From the NCBI GenBank assembly GCA_014361295.1, contig JACIVX010000001.1:898293-962292 (forward strand): a stretch of DNA of 64,000 nucleotides, read 5' to 3'. A program made the position numbers and the translations under genes. Of the stretch, positions 26,922-37,856 are shown in pieces. Numbering within the stretch: position 1 is the first letter of the stretch; every line of letters starts with the position of its first letter. The notes beneath the pieces are model-generated. The model saw only the letters and a program-made list of their open reading frames with translations, did no database searches and had not been told where the DNA came from. The stretch is from Methanomassiliicoccales archaeon (GTDB taxonomy: Archaea; Thermoplasmatota; Thermoplasmata; Methanomassiliicoccales; JACIVX01).

Positions 26922-27119
26922 TCACGCAATCGAACTGATGAGGCCAATGCCTATGATCGCGACGATTGCAACGATGTAAAAGTACATCATTCGCCTTCTT
27001 TCCTTCTTTATTCTTTCCTGATAAGAGTCTTTGCACTTTTCCGAGCAGAAATCTTGATCTTCTGGAATCGGGTCGTCGCAATTGAGGCAGTGGGTGTGCG
27101 GCGGTAATGGTTGCGGCAT
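26922..27119 (-). CDS. Small zinc-ribbon plus single-TM protein (DUF2116-like)
   Basis: 65 aa: HCLNCDDPIPEDQDFCSEKC followed by a basic stretch and a C-terminal TM helix. Confidence 0.6.
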   Translation of the reverse strand: MPQPLPPHTHCLNCDDPIPEDQDFCSEKCKDSYQERIKKERRRMMYFYIVAIVAIIGIGLISSIA

Positions 27120-27150
27120 GATTATCGAGTGATGAAAAAGCTTGATCTAT

Positions 27151-27178
27151 ACTTAAGATTGTTGACTTAAGATTGTTG
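27151..27178. repeat. Perfect 14-bp tandem duplication (ACTTAAGATTGTTG x2)
   Basis: 27151-27164 is identical to 27165-27178. Lies between the M20 peptidase stop and the DUF2116-like gene start. Confidence 0.9.
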
Positions 27179-27203
27179 AAAGCTAAATTTGCGACGAGAG
27201 GAA

Positions 27204-28343
27204 TCAAGAAAGGAAAATCCTGATCGCTCTCTCGAGCACCTCACTGCATTTGACAACGCTGTCGAGCTCTACATACTCATCCGATTCATGCCCTTTGCAT
27301 CCACTCGGACCAAAGACAACCGAGGGAATACCGGAAAGATTGAGCACGCCCGCCTCAGGCCATGCAGACATGCCAGAGACTGAACAATCAATACCAGCGT
27401 CTGAAGCCGCTTTTAGCAAAGACTGCACGATTACTTCGTTTGGCGAGATCTCCGTTGCGACGCGGAAAAAGTGCATTTTCGTCTCGACGTCAATTCCCTC
27501 TTCAAGAAGGCGATCTGCGATCGCGAGAAATTCTTTTTCGACCTTCTGCTTTGTTTCGCCAGGTAATGTTCTCCTTTCGACAGTCAAAACACACTGAGCA
27601 GGATAGGTCGACCACCCTTCGCCGCCGTGAATTTGCGATGCGTGCAAGGATGCGGGACCGAGAAGGGGATGCGCGTGTTTCATCAACTCATCATTCATTT
27701 TAATCAGCTCCACAAGAAGTCTCTGAGTCCTGAAGATCGCATCGATGCCGTTGGCGAAATCACTTCCATGCGCCGCCCTTCCCATGACCCTAAACTCTTG
27801 CCACGCGAATCCCTTATGGGCGACCACAACCTTAAGACCGACTGGCTCAATGACAATAGCCCCGTCGGCTTCAATTTCCCACACGAGTTTTTCGATCCCT
27901 TTCGCTTCATTCTCCTCGTCAACTGTACCTGCGAAGATCACTTCTCCCTTGAAGTTGCAATCGAGGGAAATCGATCTTAGAGCTTCGATTGCGGCCGCCA
28001 TTCCACCCTTGTTATCGGCCGAGCCTCTTCCATAGAGTCTGTTACCAGCGATCACTGGCTTGAATGGGGGGATGATCATTGAATCTACACCGACTGTATC
28101 CAGATGCGCAACAACGAGCAATTTTCTGCCTCTTTCGCTCCCGCGAATTACGCCGATCACGTTCTTCCTACCGTCAACAACCTCTTGTGTTCTTACATCT
28201 GCACCGATCAATCTCAGGTGTTCCGCAACAAAATCGGCAATTTCACCTTCGCCTCTATGTTTTGGCGAAAGACATGGATTAACACTGTCGATCGAAACCA
28301 ATTTTTTCAGGAGATCTATCACCATTTCCATGCGATTGATCAT
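27204..28343 (-). CDS. M20-family metallopeptidase (ArgE/DapE/acetylornithine deacetylase-like)
   Basis: VVAHLDTV, GRGSADNKGG, VDEENEAKG (metal ligands) and a dimerisation-domain insert. 379 aa. Confidence 0.9.
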   Translation of the reverse strand: MINRMEMVIDLLKKLVSIDSVNPCLSPKHRGEGEIADFVAEHLRLIGADVRTQEVVDGRKNVIGVIRGSERGRKLLVVAHLDTVGVDSMIIPPFKPVIAGNRLYGRGSADNKGGMAAAIEALRSISLDCNFKGEVIFAGTVDEENEAKGIEKLVWEIEADGAIVIEPVGLKVVVAHKGFAWQEFRVMGRAAHGSDFANGIDAIFRTQRLLVELIKMNDELMKHAHPLLGPASLHASQIHGGEGWSTYPAQCVLTVERRTLPGETKQKVEKEFLAIADRLLEEGIDVETKMHFFRVATEISPNEVIVQSLLKAASDAGIDCSVSGMSAWPEAGVLNLSGIPSVVFGPSGCKGHESDEYVELDSVVKCSEVLERAIRIFLS

Positions 28344-28346
28344 CGT

Positions 28347-29282
28347 TCACACGTCCTTGAAGAGATCAGTTGAAAAATAACGCATTCCTGTGTCAGGGAT
28401 GATTGTCACCACGTTCTTACCTCTCCCGAGCTCCTGGGCGATTCTGAGCGCAGCCGTAACGTTTGCCCCCGCGGATATCCCGCAGAGAATCCCTTCCTCC
28501 TTCGCCAACCTCCTTGCCATTTCGATCGCCTCCCTGTCGCTAACGAGCTCAACTCTCGTGATCAAGTTCGTGTCGACGATCTCCGGAATAAATCCATCGC
28601 CGATTCCCTCAATCCTGTGTGGTCCCTTTTTACCCTTCTTGATTACAGAACATTCCTCAGGCTCCACCGCGACGATTTCAGCGTTGATCCCCTCTTTTCT
28701 GAAATACCTTGCGACGCCCATCAATGTCCCACCAGATCCTATGCCAGCGACGAAGGCATTGATATCACGTCCGACCTGTTCAACGCATTCAGGTCCGGTC
28801 GTTTTTTCATGCGCCAAAACGTTATCCATCGATGTGAATTGACCTGGAACCCAGACCCGCGAGTCCGATTTTTGGATCTCCCTGACTTTTTTGATGCATT
28901 TATCGACGTCTGTTTCCGAACCAGGCGTATAAATAATTTCGGCGCCGAGCGCTCGAAGAATTTTTTTTCTTTCCTCGCTCATACCTTCGGGCATGACGAT
29001 GGTCACGCGATATCCTTTCATTGCACCAGCTAGCGCAAAAGCAATTCCAGTATTACCAGTTGTCGCCTCAACAATTCGGTAACCTGGCTTGAGCTCACCA
29101 CGTTTTTCGGCTTCCTCTATCATATACGCGGCAATCCGATCTTTGACGCTACCAGTTGGATTAAAATATTCGAGTTTTGCATAGATAGTTGCAAAACCGG
29201 GTGACACAATTCTATTCAGTTTTATCATCGGCGTATTGCCCCGTAATTCGAGAATGTTACTGACGACTTTCATCACTACCAC
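28347..29282 (-). CDS. cysK: Cysteine synthase / O-acetylserine sulfhydrylase family PLP enzyme
   Basis: PLP-Lys context FNPTGSVKDR, TTGNTGIAFA, GIGSGGTLMG. 311 aa. Confidence 0.88.
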   Translation of the reverse strand: MVVMKVVSNILELRGNTPMIKLNRIVSPGFATIYAKLEYFNPTGSVKDRIAAYMIEEAEKRGELKPGYRIVEATTGNTGIAFALAGAMKGYRVTIVMPEGMSEERKKILRALGAEIIYTPGSETDVDKCIKKVREIQKSDSRVWVPGQFTSMDNVLAHEKTTGPECVEQVGRDINAFVAGIGSGGTLMGVARYFRKEGINAEIVAVEPEECSVIKKGKKGPHRIEGIGDGFIPEIVDTNLITRVELVSDREAIEMARRLAKEEGILCGISAGANVTAALRIAQELGRGKNVVTIIPDTGMRYFSTDLFKDV

Positions 29283-29536
29283 GATTCCCTTACAGACCCG
29301 AATGCTATTTCCTCTTGAATAACGTCCGGTATATTACTAAATGCCATGAAGACCATTACCGAAAAATAACTCATAATCTAATTTTTCACGATTCGAATTT
29401 CGATCAAAGATTGCGAAATTTGTATACGACGGCGATATTTCGTCGCGAAAGTGTTAAAGACAACAATATTAATTAACCTTGCCAAAATTCCTGACTCAGG
29501 AAGGCAGATTCCGCTCGCAGAAGGAGGTATCTCTGC

Positions 29537-30082
29537 TTGAAAAAGAAGATTATCGTGAAGCTCGATAAATGCATTGGGTGCAGGTCCTGCGAAATTGCGT
29601 GCGCGCGTGAACATTCTCCTTCGAAGAGTGGTGAACGGATCACTGCAGATACCAGGAAAGCGCTCTCGCGAATTTCGATAAGAACTGGATTGACCAACCC
29701 GACCGATGCCCCTGAAATGAGACCGAGAAAAGGGAAATCGAAAACGGCAATCACAACAGGAAAAGCATATCCAATCAGATGCAGGCACTGCGATGATCCA
29801 AAATGCGTCGAAGCGTGCATGTCTGGTGCTTTGATTAAGAATGAAGAGGGCGCTGTGATTCACGATCCTGACAAGTGTGTGGGATGCTGGATGTGCATCA
29901 TGGCGTGCCCCTACGGAGCTATCAAAAGGGATTTGGAGAATAAAATCATCGTGAAATGCGATCTTTGCCTCCACAGAGACACGCCAGCATGCGTCGAGGC
30001 GTGCAAGACGGGCGCGATCGTTTGTATTGTCGGCGAGAAATCAGAGCGGCAGAATGAAAGTATCGCAGAGGGGTCTGGTTGA
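29537..30082 (+). CDS. 4Fe-4S dicluster (DmsB/NrfC-like) iron-sulfur protein
   Basis: CIGCRSCEIAC, CRHCDDPKCVEAC, CVGCWMCIMACP, CDLC...CVEAC. It has a TTG start and is followed 1 nt later by the flavoprotein gene. Confidence 0.75.
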   Translation: MKKKIIVKLDKCIGCRSCEIACAREHSPSKSGERITADTRKALSRISIRTGLTNPTDAPEMRPRKGKSKTAITTGKAYPIRCRHCDDPKCVEACMSGALIKNEEGAVIHDPDKCVGCWMCIMACPYGAIKRDLENKIIVKCDLCLHRDTPACVEACKTGAIVCIVGEKSERQNESIAEGSG

Positions 30083-30083
30083 A

Positions 30084-31373
30084 ATGAATCTAGACGCTCA
30101 ATACAAATATGTGATCATAGGGAACAGTGCAGCGGGTATCGGATGCGTGGAAGGAATCAGAAAGGTCGACAAAGAGGGAAGCATCGCAGTCATCTCCGAG
30201 GAAAAGATGCATACGTATTCTCGCTGCCTAACATCGTACTACATTGCTGGCGTCGTCGATGATGAAAAGATTCTGTTCCGCCCGAAAGATTACTACGCGA
30301 AGAAAAACGTCACACCGATACTCGGAAAGAAGGTTGTGAAGATTCTTCCCGAAGACAACCACATTGTACTCGATGATGGAACAAGAATTGGTTACTCGTC
30401 GCTTATGATCGCCACTGGCGCCTCGCCCGTCATCTACGATATCCCAGGCAACAACAAACCCGGCGTTTTTGTTTTGAGAACTTACGAAGACGCGAGACGC
30501 ATCTCTGAAGCAGCTGCACCTGGCAAAAGAGCGGTCGTGATGGGTGGTGGTCTCGTAGGTCTCAAGGCGGCAGATGCGCTCCATGCAAAGGGGGTTGAAG
30601 TTTGGGTTATTGTGACATCACCTCAGATCATGTCGCAGACGATGGACAGAGATGGTGCGGAAATACTGAGAAAACAGCTAGAAGAAAACGGTATCAAGGT
30701 CATGACAGAGACCAATGTCGAGGAAATTATCGGCAACAAGAAGGTTGAGGCGGTTCGGCTTTCGACGGGACAGACATTAACATGCGATATCGTCATATTC
30801 GCAAAAGGCGTTCGTCCGAACATCGGTCTAGCTAAGGATGCGGGCATCGACACTGATTATGGCATTCTCGTCGATACCCACATGAGGACGAGTGTCCCGA
30901 ATATCTACGCGGCTGGCGATGTTGCTGAGGCAAAAGACTTTATCACCGGGGAAAGATACATTCATGCGATCTGGCCTAATGCCGTTGAGCAGGGATGCAT
31001 CGCCGGTCAAAACATGGCGGGTCGTGATGTTGAATACGCTGGTGGCATCGCGATGAACTCGGTTGATCTGTTCGGCCTTGCGTCGATCGCCGTTGGCTTT
31101 ACAAGACCCCGTGGGAAGGATCATGGCTATGAAATTATCAGCCGTTCGATTCCCGAGAAAAAGTTCTACAGGAAGATCGTCTTGAAAGACGGTGTGATCG
31201 TCGGTGCGATTTGCATTGGCGAGGTAGAGGCGGCTGGGGTCTTTGCTGGGCTTATCAAGAGGAGAGCGAACGTATCGAAGATTAAGGAGCTTCTGTTGAG
31301 GGAAGACTTCGATTACGCCAAGGTGCTCGGAGAGGGCTTGATAAAAGACACAAGCTATTTCGCCACCGCCTGA
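30084..31373 (+). CDS. FAD/NAD(P)-dependent pyridine-nucleotide-disulfide-family oxidoreductase (ferredoxin/rubredoxin reductase or NirB-like)
   Basis: YVIIGNSAAGIG (FAD GxGxxG), YSRCLTS, VVMGGGLVGLKAA (NAD GxGxxG), YAAGDVAE. ATG at 30084 lies 1 nt after the upstream stop. Confidence 0.85.
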   Translation: MNLDAQYKYVIIGNSAAGIGCVEGIRKVDKEGSIAVISEEKMHTYSRCLTSYYIAGVVDDEKILFRPKDYYAKKNVTPILGKKVVKILPEDNHIVLDDGTRIGYSSLMIATGASPVIYDIPGNNKPGVFVLRTYEDARRISEAAAPGKRAVVMGGGLVGLKAADALHAKGVEVWVIVTSPQIMSQTMDRDGAEILRKQLEENGIKVMTETNVEEIIGNKKVEAVRLSTGQTLTCDIVIFAKGVRPNIGLAKDAGIDTDYGILVDTHMRTSVPNIYAAGDVAEAKDFITGERYIHAIWPNAVEQGCIAGQNMAGRDVEYAGGIAMNSVDLFGLASIAVGFTRPRGKDHGYEIISRSIPEKKFYRKIVLKDGVIVGAICIGEVEAAGVFAGLIKRRANVSKIKELLLREDFDYAKVLGEGLIKDTSYFATA

Positions 31374-31391
31374 AAGAAACAAGAAAGTTGG

Positions 31392-31838
31392 TTGACATTG
31401 AGACCAGATGGCATTTGCTCAACAGATTTATTTATTCCCAGAGCATCCGCGATAAACATGTGGAAAGTGCTCGGCGTTGAGACTACCGTCGTGAGATCCG
31501 GGGATGTTTGGAAAAAGAGAATGATCGAATTATCGAAGAGAAGAAAGAATAAGGAGAGGTTTATCGAATTGCTCGAATCCGCCGAGGTCAATTACTGGTT
31601 CGATGCAGCGAAAGAGGTCCACGCATTCTACATTAAATTCCCAGAAAGTATCGGTCCTGACGACCTGCAATTTTTCAAGGAGTTCATTGAAAAAGTCCGG
31701 TCGAGTCTGAAAGTCCCCGTTATTGAGGTCGACGGCATCCCACAAGAATATCGCATTGTTCTAACTTCCGAAGAGGAAGAAGACGTTTATCGGAGAAGAT
31801 TTTCTGATCAGGAACGAGAAGTGCAATCAACTCGGTAA
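31392..31838 (+). CDS. Hypothetical protein (start uncertain)
   Basis: 148-aa ORF with protein-like composition (charged helical N-half, FYIKFPESIGPDDLQFFKEFIEKV). No motif recognised. Confidence 0.4.
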   Translation: MTLRPDGICSTDLFIPRASAINMWKVLGVETTVVRSGDVWKKRMIELSKRRKNKERFIELLESAEVNYWFDAAKEVHAFYIKFPESIGPDDLQFFKEFIEKVRSSLKVPVIEVDGIPQEYRIVLTSEEEEDVYRRRFSDQEREVQSTR

Positions 31839-32378
31839 CGTTGTATCATCAGAATTTTAGCGGTTAATTTTAGAAAGAATTTGCGGATTGGAATTCCAAC
31901 AAAAAATGCACACTATTGATGATGTCAATTTCGAACAGACCTAATCAGACGTAGTTGTAATTCTCTCGCCGCCTTTTTCTCATCTCTATGCTATTCAAAC
32001 AATGTGCCTTATTTGATAAGGTTTAATCAAGAAGCGATGAGGAAAAGTTTTTCTGTTTTGAATCATCAAACCTTCATTTTTTCTTGCGATCAATTTTTTA
32101 AATAAAACTCTGCATTTTTTGAAATTATAACATTTCAAAACCCCGACACAATTTGTTTGCAAATTGCTGAAAGTGGTTACATGCAAAAATTCAGAAAATC
32201 CTAATTTCTTTAGAATGCCCAGATATGCTGGCAAATTCAGACATCCCTCCGATCTCAACCAAAAATTAGCGGGGCTCCGAGATTCATAAATACGAAAAAT
32301 TCCATCAGGTGTAAAAACCGCAGAGCATAATTTCATGCAACTTTCATGTGCGATCAGGAGTTGAATTGGGGGTATTGA

Positions 32379-34355
32379 ATGAGCGAAGCTAAGATCATCG
32401 AAAGTGTGATGGAGGAGCGGAGGCGGTTCCCGCCACCAAAAGAATTTTCTCAAAAAGCGCATATCGGCAGCATTGAAATATACAACCAGATGTACAAGGA
32501 GTCGATTGAAAACCCCGAAGCTTTCTGGGAAAAATGGGCAAAAGAAATCGACTGGATATCGCCATGGACAAAAGTTTTTGAATGGGATGCCGAGAACATC
32601 AAGATCGAATGGTTCAAAGGCGCGAAACTCAACGCTTCGTATAATTGTCTTGATCGGCATGTCAAAACCTGGAGAAAAAACAAGGCTGCAATCATCTGGC
32701 AGGGAGAGCCGGAAAATGATGTCAGGGGTTTCACGTACCAGCAATTATTAACAGAAGTCTGTAAGTTCGCGAATGTTCTCAAGGCGAGGGGGATCAAAAA
32801 AGGGGATCGCGTCGCGATTTATCTGCCGATGATTCCTGAATTGCCAATCGCAATGCTTGCATGTGCCAGGATCGGTGCTGTGCACAGCGTGATTTTTGGG
32901 GGGTTCAGTTCCGAATCGCTCAAGGATCGAATTCGAGACAGCCGATGCAAAATGTTGATCACGGCTGATGGCACATACAGAGGCGGAAAGCTCGTTGCGC
33001 TGAAGGCTAACGGGGATCTCGCGATAGCAAAAGAGGATTATGTAAAGAGTGTCATCGTCGTCAAAAGATCAGGAATTCCGGTGGAAATGAAAGAGGGTCG
33101 TGATTTCTGGTGGCACGAGGTCATGGAAAACGCATCTGCAGATTGCCCATTAGAGATAATGGATGCGGAGGATCCTCTCTTTATTCTCTACACAAGCGGA
33201 TCGACTGGAAAACCGAAGGGCGTTCTTCATACAACGGGCGGTTACCTTCTGTACGTCCTCTTGACATTCAAATGGATCTTTGATTACCACGAAGAAGACA
33301 CCTACTGGTGCACTGCGGATATCGGATGGATCACGGGACATAGCTACATCGTTTACGGACCCCTTGCAGCAGGTGCAACGACGGTTATGTTTGAGGGCAT
33401 TCCCACATATCCGCAGGTTGATCGCTACTGGCGAATTATCGAAAAATTCCGTGTAAACATTTTTTACACGGCGCCGACCGCTATCAGGGCTTTGATGAGG
33501 GAGGGCGATCACTGGCCGAAATCGAGAGATTTATCGAGCCTGCGGTTGTTGGGGTCTGTTGGCGAGGCGATCAACCCCGAAGCTTGGATGTGGTACTACA
33601 ACGTGATTGGTGGCGGGCGATGTCCAATCGTCGACACCTGGTGGCAGACCGAAACGGGAGGAATTCTCATTACGCCACTTCCTGGCGCTACAATACTGAA
33701 ACCCGGATGTGCGACGAAACCCTTCTTCGGAATTGAACCAGCGATCCTACGCGAAGATGGAACGGAGGCCGATGTCAACGAGGGTGGATATCTTGTGATC
33801 AAAAAACCATGGCCAGGGATCATGCGGACGGTCTATGGACAACATGAACGTTTCAAGGAAATCTATTGGTCGCGCTTTCCTGGTGTGTATCTCACCGGCG
33901 ACGGTGCAAGAAGGGATGAGGATGGCGACATCTGGATCGTTGGAAGGGTCGATGATGTTATCAAGGTGTCTGGTCACAGAATAGGAGCGGCAGAAGTTGA
34001 GAGCGCCCTCGTCAGCCACAAGGATGTTGCAGAAGCGGCTGTGGTACCGATTCCGCATCCAATCAAAGGTGAGGCGATCTTCGCGTTCGTCACGCTTAAA
34101 GCAGGTGTGAGGGAGTCGGAAGAGTTGAAAAAGGAGTTGATTTTACACGTGAGGCAACAGGTTGGCCCGATTGCGGCACCAGAGATCATTCAGTTCGCCT
34201 CGGCTCTTCCGAAAACTCGCAGCGGAAAGATCATGAGACGAATCCTGAGGAAAATTGCCGCGGGAACCGTTGAAGATCTCGGTGATACGACGACGCTTGC
34301 TGATCCTTCTGTGGTTGAAAAATTGATCGCGGCGAGAAAGGAGTTGATAAAATGA
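32379..34355 (+). CDS. acs: Acetyl-CoA synthetase (AMP-forming)
   Basis: 658 aa. [11 protein letters not shown] (A3), [21 protein letters not shown], and [11 protein letters not shown] containing the acylation-regulated catalytic Lys context. Confidence 0.95.
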   Translation: MSEAKIIESVMEERRRFPPPKEFSQKAHIGSIEIYNQMYKESIENPEAFWEKWAKEIDWISPWTKVFEWDAENIKIEWFKGAKLNASYNCLDRHVKTWRKNKAAIIWQGEPENDVRGFTYQQLLTEVCKFANVLKARGIKKGDRVAIYLPMIPELPIAMLACARIGAVHSVIFGGFSSESLKDRIRDSRCKMLITADGTYRGGKLVALKANGDLAIAKEDYVKSVIVVKRSGIPVEMKEGRDFWWHEVMENASADCPLEIMDAEDPLFILYTSGSTGKPKGVLHTTGGYLLYVLLTFKWIFDYHEEDTYWCTADIGWITGHSYIVYGPLAAGATTVMFEGIPTYPQVDRYWRIIEKFRVNIFYTAPTAIRALMREGDHWPKSRDLSSLRLLGSVGEAINPEAWMWYYNVIGGGRCPIVDTWWQTETGGILITPLPGATILKPGCATKPFFGIEPAILREDGTEADVNEGGYLVIKKPWPGIMRTVYGQHERFKEIYWSRFPGVYLTGDGARRDEDGDIWIVGRVDDVIKVSGHRIGAAEVESALVSHKDVAEAAVVPIPHPIKGEAIFAFVTLKAGVRESEELKKELILHVRQQVGPIAAPEIIQFASALPKTRSGKIMRRILRKIAAGTVEDLGDTTTLADPSVVEKLIAARKELIK

Positions 34356-35047
34356 TCGTTTTAATAAGATTGTTTCCGAAGGATAAAAATGACGCGGAAA
34401 GAATTTGGAAATTCATCGAGGAAAAAATGTCTAGCCACCCTAAAAAGAAAATCAAGCCTCTTTTTATGTCAATGCAAACGAGAGCGAGATTTATTTCCCT
34501 TTTTGTCCAAGCTGATGAACCTGAAAATATCGGTGATCTACTTGTCGAGGATATAGGCTCATGCGAGCAAATTGTAGATACGAGGACATTTCCGTTGCTT
34601 AAATTGGCTTTCTTGCCGACACCGAAGACAAAGGTGAAAAGAGCGAAGCGATACAGTATCATGTTAAGAACGAAACCGAAAGATTATTATGCGGTGTACA
34701 AAAAAGTGCTTGAGACGCAACCCGCCCCGAACACTTTCATCGCATTTGTGGCTTTCCTCCTCGGAGATTTTGATGTACTCGCCTCCGTCGTCTCTGAGTC
34801 GCAAAAGAGTGTGAAAGAATTTATGATTAAAAATTTCGCAGGAATCGAAGGCGTTGAGGAAGTGAAGATCTTCCCAATCAAACGATCCAAACTTCTCATA
34901 TCGTCCGAGGAGTGGCAGATGTTCCAAAGGGCCCTTCTTTATGCACCTTCCTGGATGACGGATGAGATCAAAGATACCTACGCGTTTGGTTCTTACCTCA
35001 CTGATGAAGACATTCATCTCAGCGGGGCGATGAGAAGCGAAAGCTAG
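34352..35047 (+). CDS. Hypothetical protein, possibly two tandem Lrp/AsnC-type RAM (ligand-binding) domains without an HTH
   Basis: There are two ~80-aa units with the pattern (hydrophobic strand)-(helix)-..GDFDVL..-(helix)-..I.GV..V..FP. The second unit (YSIMLRTKP...[12 protein letters not shown]...[15 protein letters not shown]) matches the AsnC C-terminal pattern best. ATGA start/stop overlap with acs. Confidence 0.45.
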   Translation: MIVLIRLFPKDKNDAERIWKFIEEKMSSHPKKKIKPLFMSMQTRARFISLFVQADEPENIGDLLVEDIGSCEQIVDTRTFPLLKLAFLPTPKTKVKRAKRYSIMLRTKPKDYYAVYKKVLETQPAPNTFIAFVAFLLGDFDVLASVVSESQKSVKEFMIKNFAGIEGVEEVKIFPIKRSKLLISSEEWQMFQRALLYAPSWMTDEIKDTYAFGSYLTDEDIHLSGAMRSES

Positions 35048-35333
35048 GTCTTGCGATTAGCGAGAACAATAAAAGAGCCAAGCAAGTAGCGGAATATAAG
35101 AGGATCGTCGACGCCATCATCAAGCTAGGAAATTTTAGACGATCGTTCATGATCTTAGGAGCCGATCTATTAATGAATGAGCTATATCACCCCATCTGGT
35201 GAAAACCTCCTGACTTTGATTCAAATCTTGACTGTTGCTGTTCACCAAATCGCTTACGGTGGAATGAAAAAACCACGAATAGAAATAAGATCTCTTTCTT
35301 TGATAGTTATTGCGAAGAGGATAAGGAAACTGA

Positions 35334-35570
35334 TCATTCCTCCTCTTCATCTTCGTCCTCTTCGTCTTCTTCCTCGTACTCCTCTTCCTCGATTTCTTCG
35401 TAACCGAGCAATTCTTCGAGGGCATCTCTTGCTTCAGCAAGAATACTCAGCGCTCGCTTGCTTCTGCCCTCTTCAATCAGATCGATTGCCTTCTCGATGC
35501 TTTCAAGGATCTCATCTAGATCTTCGCTTATCTCATCAAAATAATCACCGAGGCTTTTCACCCTTATCAC
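35334..35570 (-). CDS. Small highly acidic protein with poly-Glu/Asp tail (hypothetical)
   Basis: 78-aa ORF with a GTG start preceded by AGGT, a helical acidic body, and a C-terminal EEEEYEEEDEEDEDEEEE tail. Confidence 0.35.
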   Translation of the reverse strand: MIRVKSLGDYFDEISEDLDEILESIEKAIDLIEEGRSKRALSILAEARDALEELLGYEEIEEEEYEEEDEEDEDEEEE

Positions 35571-36920
35571 CTACCTGTGATCTTGTCATTACAACATCAC
35601 ATATAAATGATCTTGCCTGACCTCGGAATAGTGCCAGGCAGTGCAACTGGACTTCTTATAAAAATCAATGTGCTAAAAGAGAGGAACGTACTTGCGGAAC
35701 CTGATTAGCGATGATTCGGTGATGATCATTATGTGGATGATTGAAGCGTTTACCATTTGCACATCGCGTGCAGTGTATCATTTTTGTCCATACTCTCATC
35801 AGAATTGTCTCATCGAACGGCCCTATTCCCGCTCAAGAATCGATTTGTCATCGCTGTAACGACACCGCGGTGCATTTGATTTGCCAACTCAAAAGCGATT
35901 TCTGAAGGATTTCGGCTTTGCAGAGTTTTTAATCGTTTTCTCGCTCGCGGGTGTTCGCACTCTCACCTTGATTGCCTCTTATTACTCTACAAACAATTCT
36001 TATCGGCATAGCATTTACTTTGCGATCGATCCTCCGATAGCAGTTTCAAATCCTTTCATTTATTATTCAGCCCTTTCATTGCCAAGAATACCAGGATTTA
36101 TCACTACTATAAGTCGCAATTTGTTCACCCTTTGTCTAGCATCTTTTCTTGCTGCTTGGAGACCATCCCAATAATCAGATGAGAATACGATAAGAAATGA
36201 TGCTGGGTTCTACCCTCAAATTAATTGCGATCAGGGTTTATATTCAATGGAAGGACGCAGAATATCAAGCGGTAAAAGCTACCAGTTGCCTACAGGATTG
36301 TCATCGAAAGTCGAAGAATAAAATAACTCTTGGCTTTGGATGATGACCTGTATCAGGAAAAAAGGAAATAACAAATGATGAAGTTAGTATTTGGATAGTG
36401 TGATTCAAGCAGGAATTTACATTTAGGTGTCAATCCATCCTTTATTATTAGGCAATGTTTCTTGATGGGATGGGAATATGTTCGCGGAGTCGTTAGCCGA
36501 ATCCCACTTCGATTTGTTGTTCTCTCTCCAGCAATTCAATGCATATGACGGCTTTACAAACAAAGATAACAAGACTGGCAGTATGCCAGATCATGATCAG
36601 TTACAATGGGAGCGGACAATGCACGAGAATAAAGAATCGACCCCCAGAGTCCATAATCGACACATAATAGACGCTTTTCAATGCATATCATCCTCCATAT
36701 CATGGCAATTGCTGTTGGCCAATTTGGATAAGTATATTCAAACCCCATTACCGAGGTCGAAAAAATGATACCTTTCTCACAAAGGCATCTGTGGTCCTGA
36801 GATCGCCCTAGATGACTGATCAGGTCAACGGAATTGGATTGCAACTAAATATAACACAAAATGCATGGACACAAATTGGCTCGAAAAATCTAATTATTCT
36901 GACATTTATAATAATAATCA

Positions 36921-37856
36921 ATGCCCGCGAAAAGAAAGGTGGTTGTCGCTTTCTTAATCTTATTACTCATTTCATCAATCGTTTTTTCATTACTGTTCTT
37001 CCCCCAAATTATTGTTTCTGGAGTAGTCAGGGATGAGGATGGGTATCCAATTAAAGCCGCGAAAGTGATCTCCAAGGGTGTGGTTCATCCCTCCTCGACG
37101 CTGACTGACGACTCTGGTCGTTACTCGATTGCAGTTAGAGGATACGGACGCCATACAATCATGGCTATGGCCGAGGGTTACTGGATCCATCTAAGAAATC
37201 TCACTGTAATTTATCCAGGTACCTCTTTACGCGAATTCGATTTTGAGTTGACCAAGAATCAACAAATCTATGTGACGATTGTGGGCATCTTCGCTACCGT
37301 CGATCTAAACCATACATCGATGCTTACCAAATTTGAGTTTTCGCCTTCGCCAAAAGGGGAAGTCCTCATCCACGACTACGCCCACAAAGGCAGGGACCTC
37401 AGGTTCCAGTACCCTTTTGGAGGGACTTATGCCACGAATTACCAATTGCTTTATCGGGTGCTAGTAGAGTTTAGTGGCGAGTATTATGATACACCAGGAA
37501 AACCTTGGAACTGCTATGCTACGCAAGTTATTACCTCATGGTGCGGGCCTGGTCTCGCGGATTTCTTAAGTCCTGAAGAGGTTCCTTGCAACATACGTTT
37601 CGTTCATTCGGAAAACGTCTTAAATGTAACGAGTTTTCCTACAAGTCAGGCAATTTTACCCGAGAAACTCAGGCCAGTGCTTTCCTTGGACATCCTCGGG
37701 AATTCTTTTACCTTTGTTCCGATTGTTGAGCTTATTTACCCTTCCAGTAAAGGACCTGTCCTTGCGCTCCATTTAGAAAACACTGATACCGCGCTTCATG
37801 TATATGCAATACATATCGATAGTGCTGGATTTCCCCATGTGTGGGAGATAAGCTGA
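36921..37856 (+). CDS. Secreted or membrane-anchored protein with N-terminal signal-anchor and carboxypeptidase-regulatory-like beta-sandwich
   Basis: MPAKRKVVVAFLILLLISSIVFSLLFF signal-anchor, then SGVVRDEDGYPIKAAKV...TDDSGRYSIAV (CarboxypepD_reg-like). The rest is unknown. Confidence 0.6.
   Translation: MPAKRKVVVAFLILLLISSIVFSLLFFPQIIVSGVVRDEDGYPIKAAKVISKGVVHPSSTLTDDSGRYSIAVRGYGRHTIMAMAEGYWIHLRNLTVIYPGTSLREFDFELTKNQQIYVTIVGIFATVDLNHTSMLTKFEFSPSPKGEVLIHDYAHKGRDLRFQYPFGGTYATNYQLLYRVLVEFSGEYYDTPGKPWNCYATQVITSWCGPGLADFLSPEEVPCNIRFVHSENVLNVTSFPTSQAILPEKLRPVLSLDILGNSFTFVPIVELIYPSSKGPVLALHLENTDTALHVYAIHIDSAGFPHVWEIS

Noticed and set aside
29378-29974. 198-aa minus-strand ORF
   Set aside because: It is antisense to the well-supported 4Fe-4S protein gene (29537-30082), and its translation is Cys/Arg/Phe-rich, as expected for the antisense of Cys-codon-rich DNA.
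31995-32744. 249-aa minus-strand ORF upstream of and overlapping acs
   Set aside because: Its 5' half is antisense to the strongly supported acs N-terminus. The rest lies in an AT-rich leader. Composition is odd (rich in F, P, C, R) and no motif is present, so it is most likely a shadow ORF.
35881-36174. 97-aa plus-strand ORF, and the 96-aa ORFs at 36478-36844
   Set aside because: They are hydrophobic, low-complexity translations in AT-rich DNA with no motif and no plausible start context, and they overlap each other on opposite strands.
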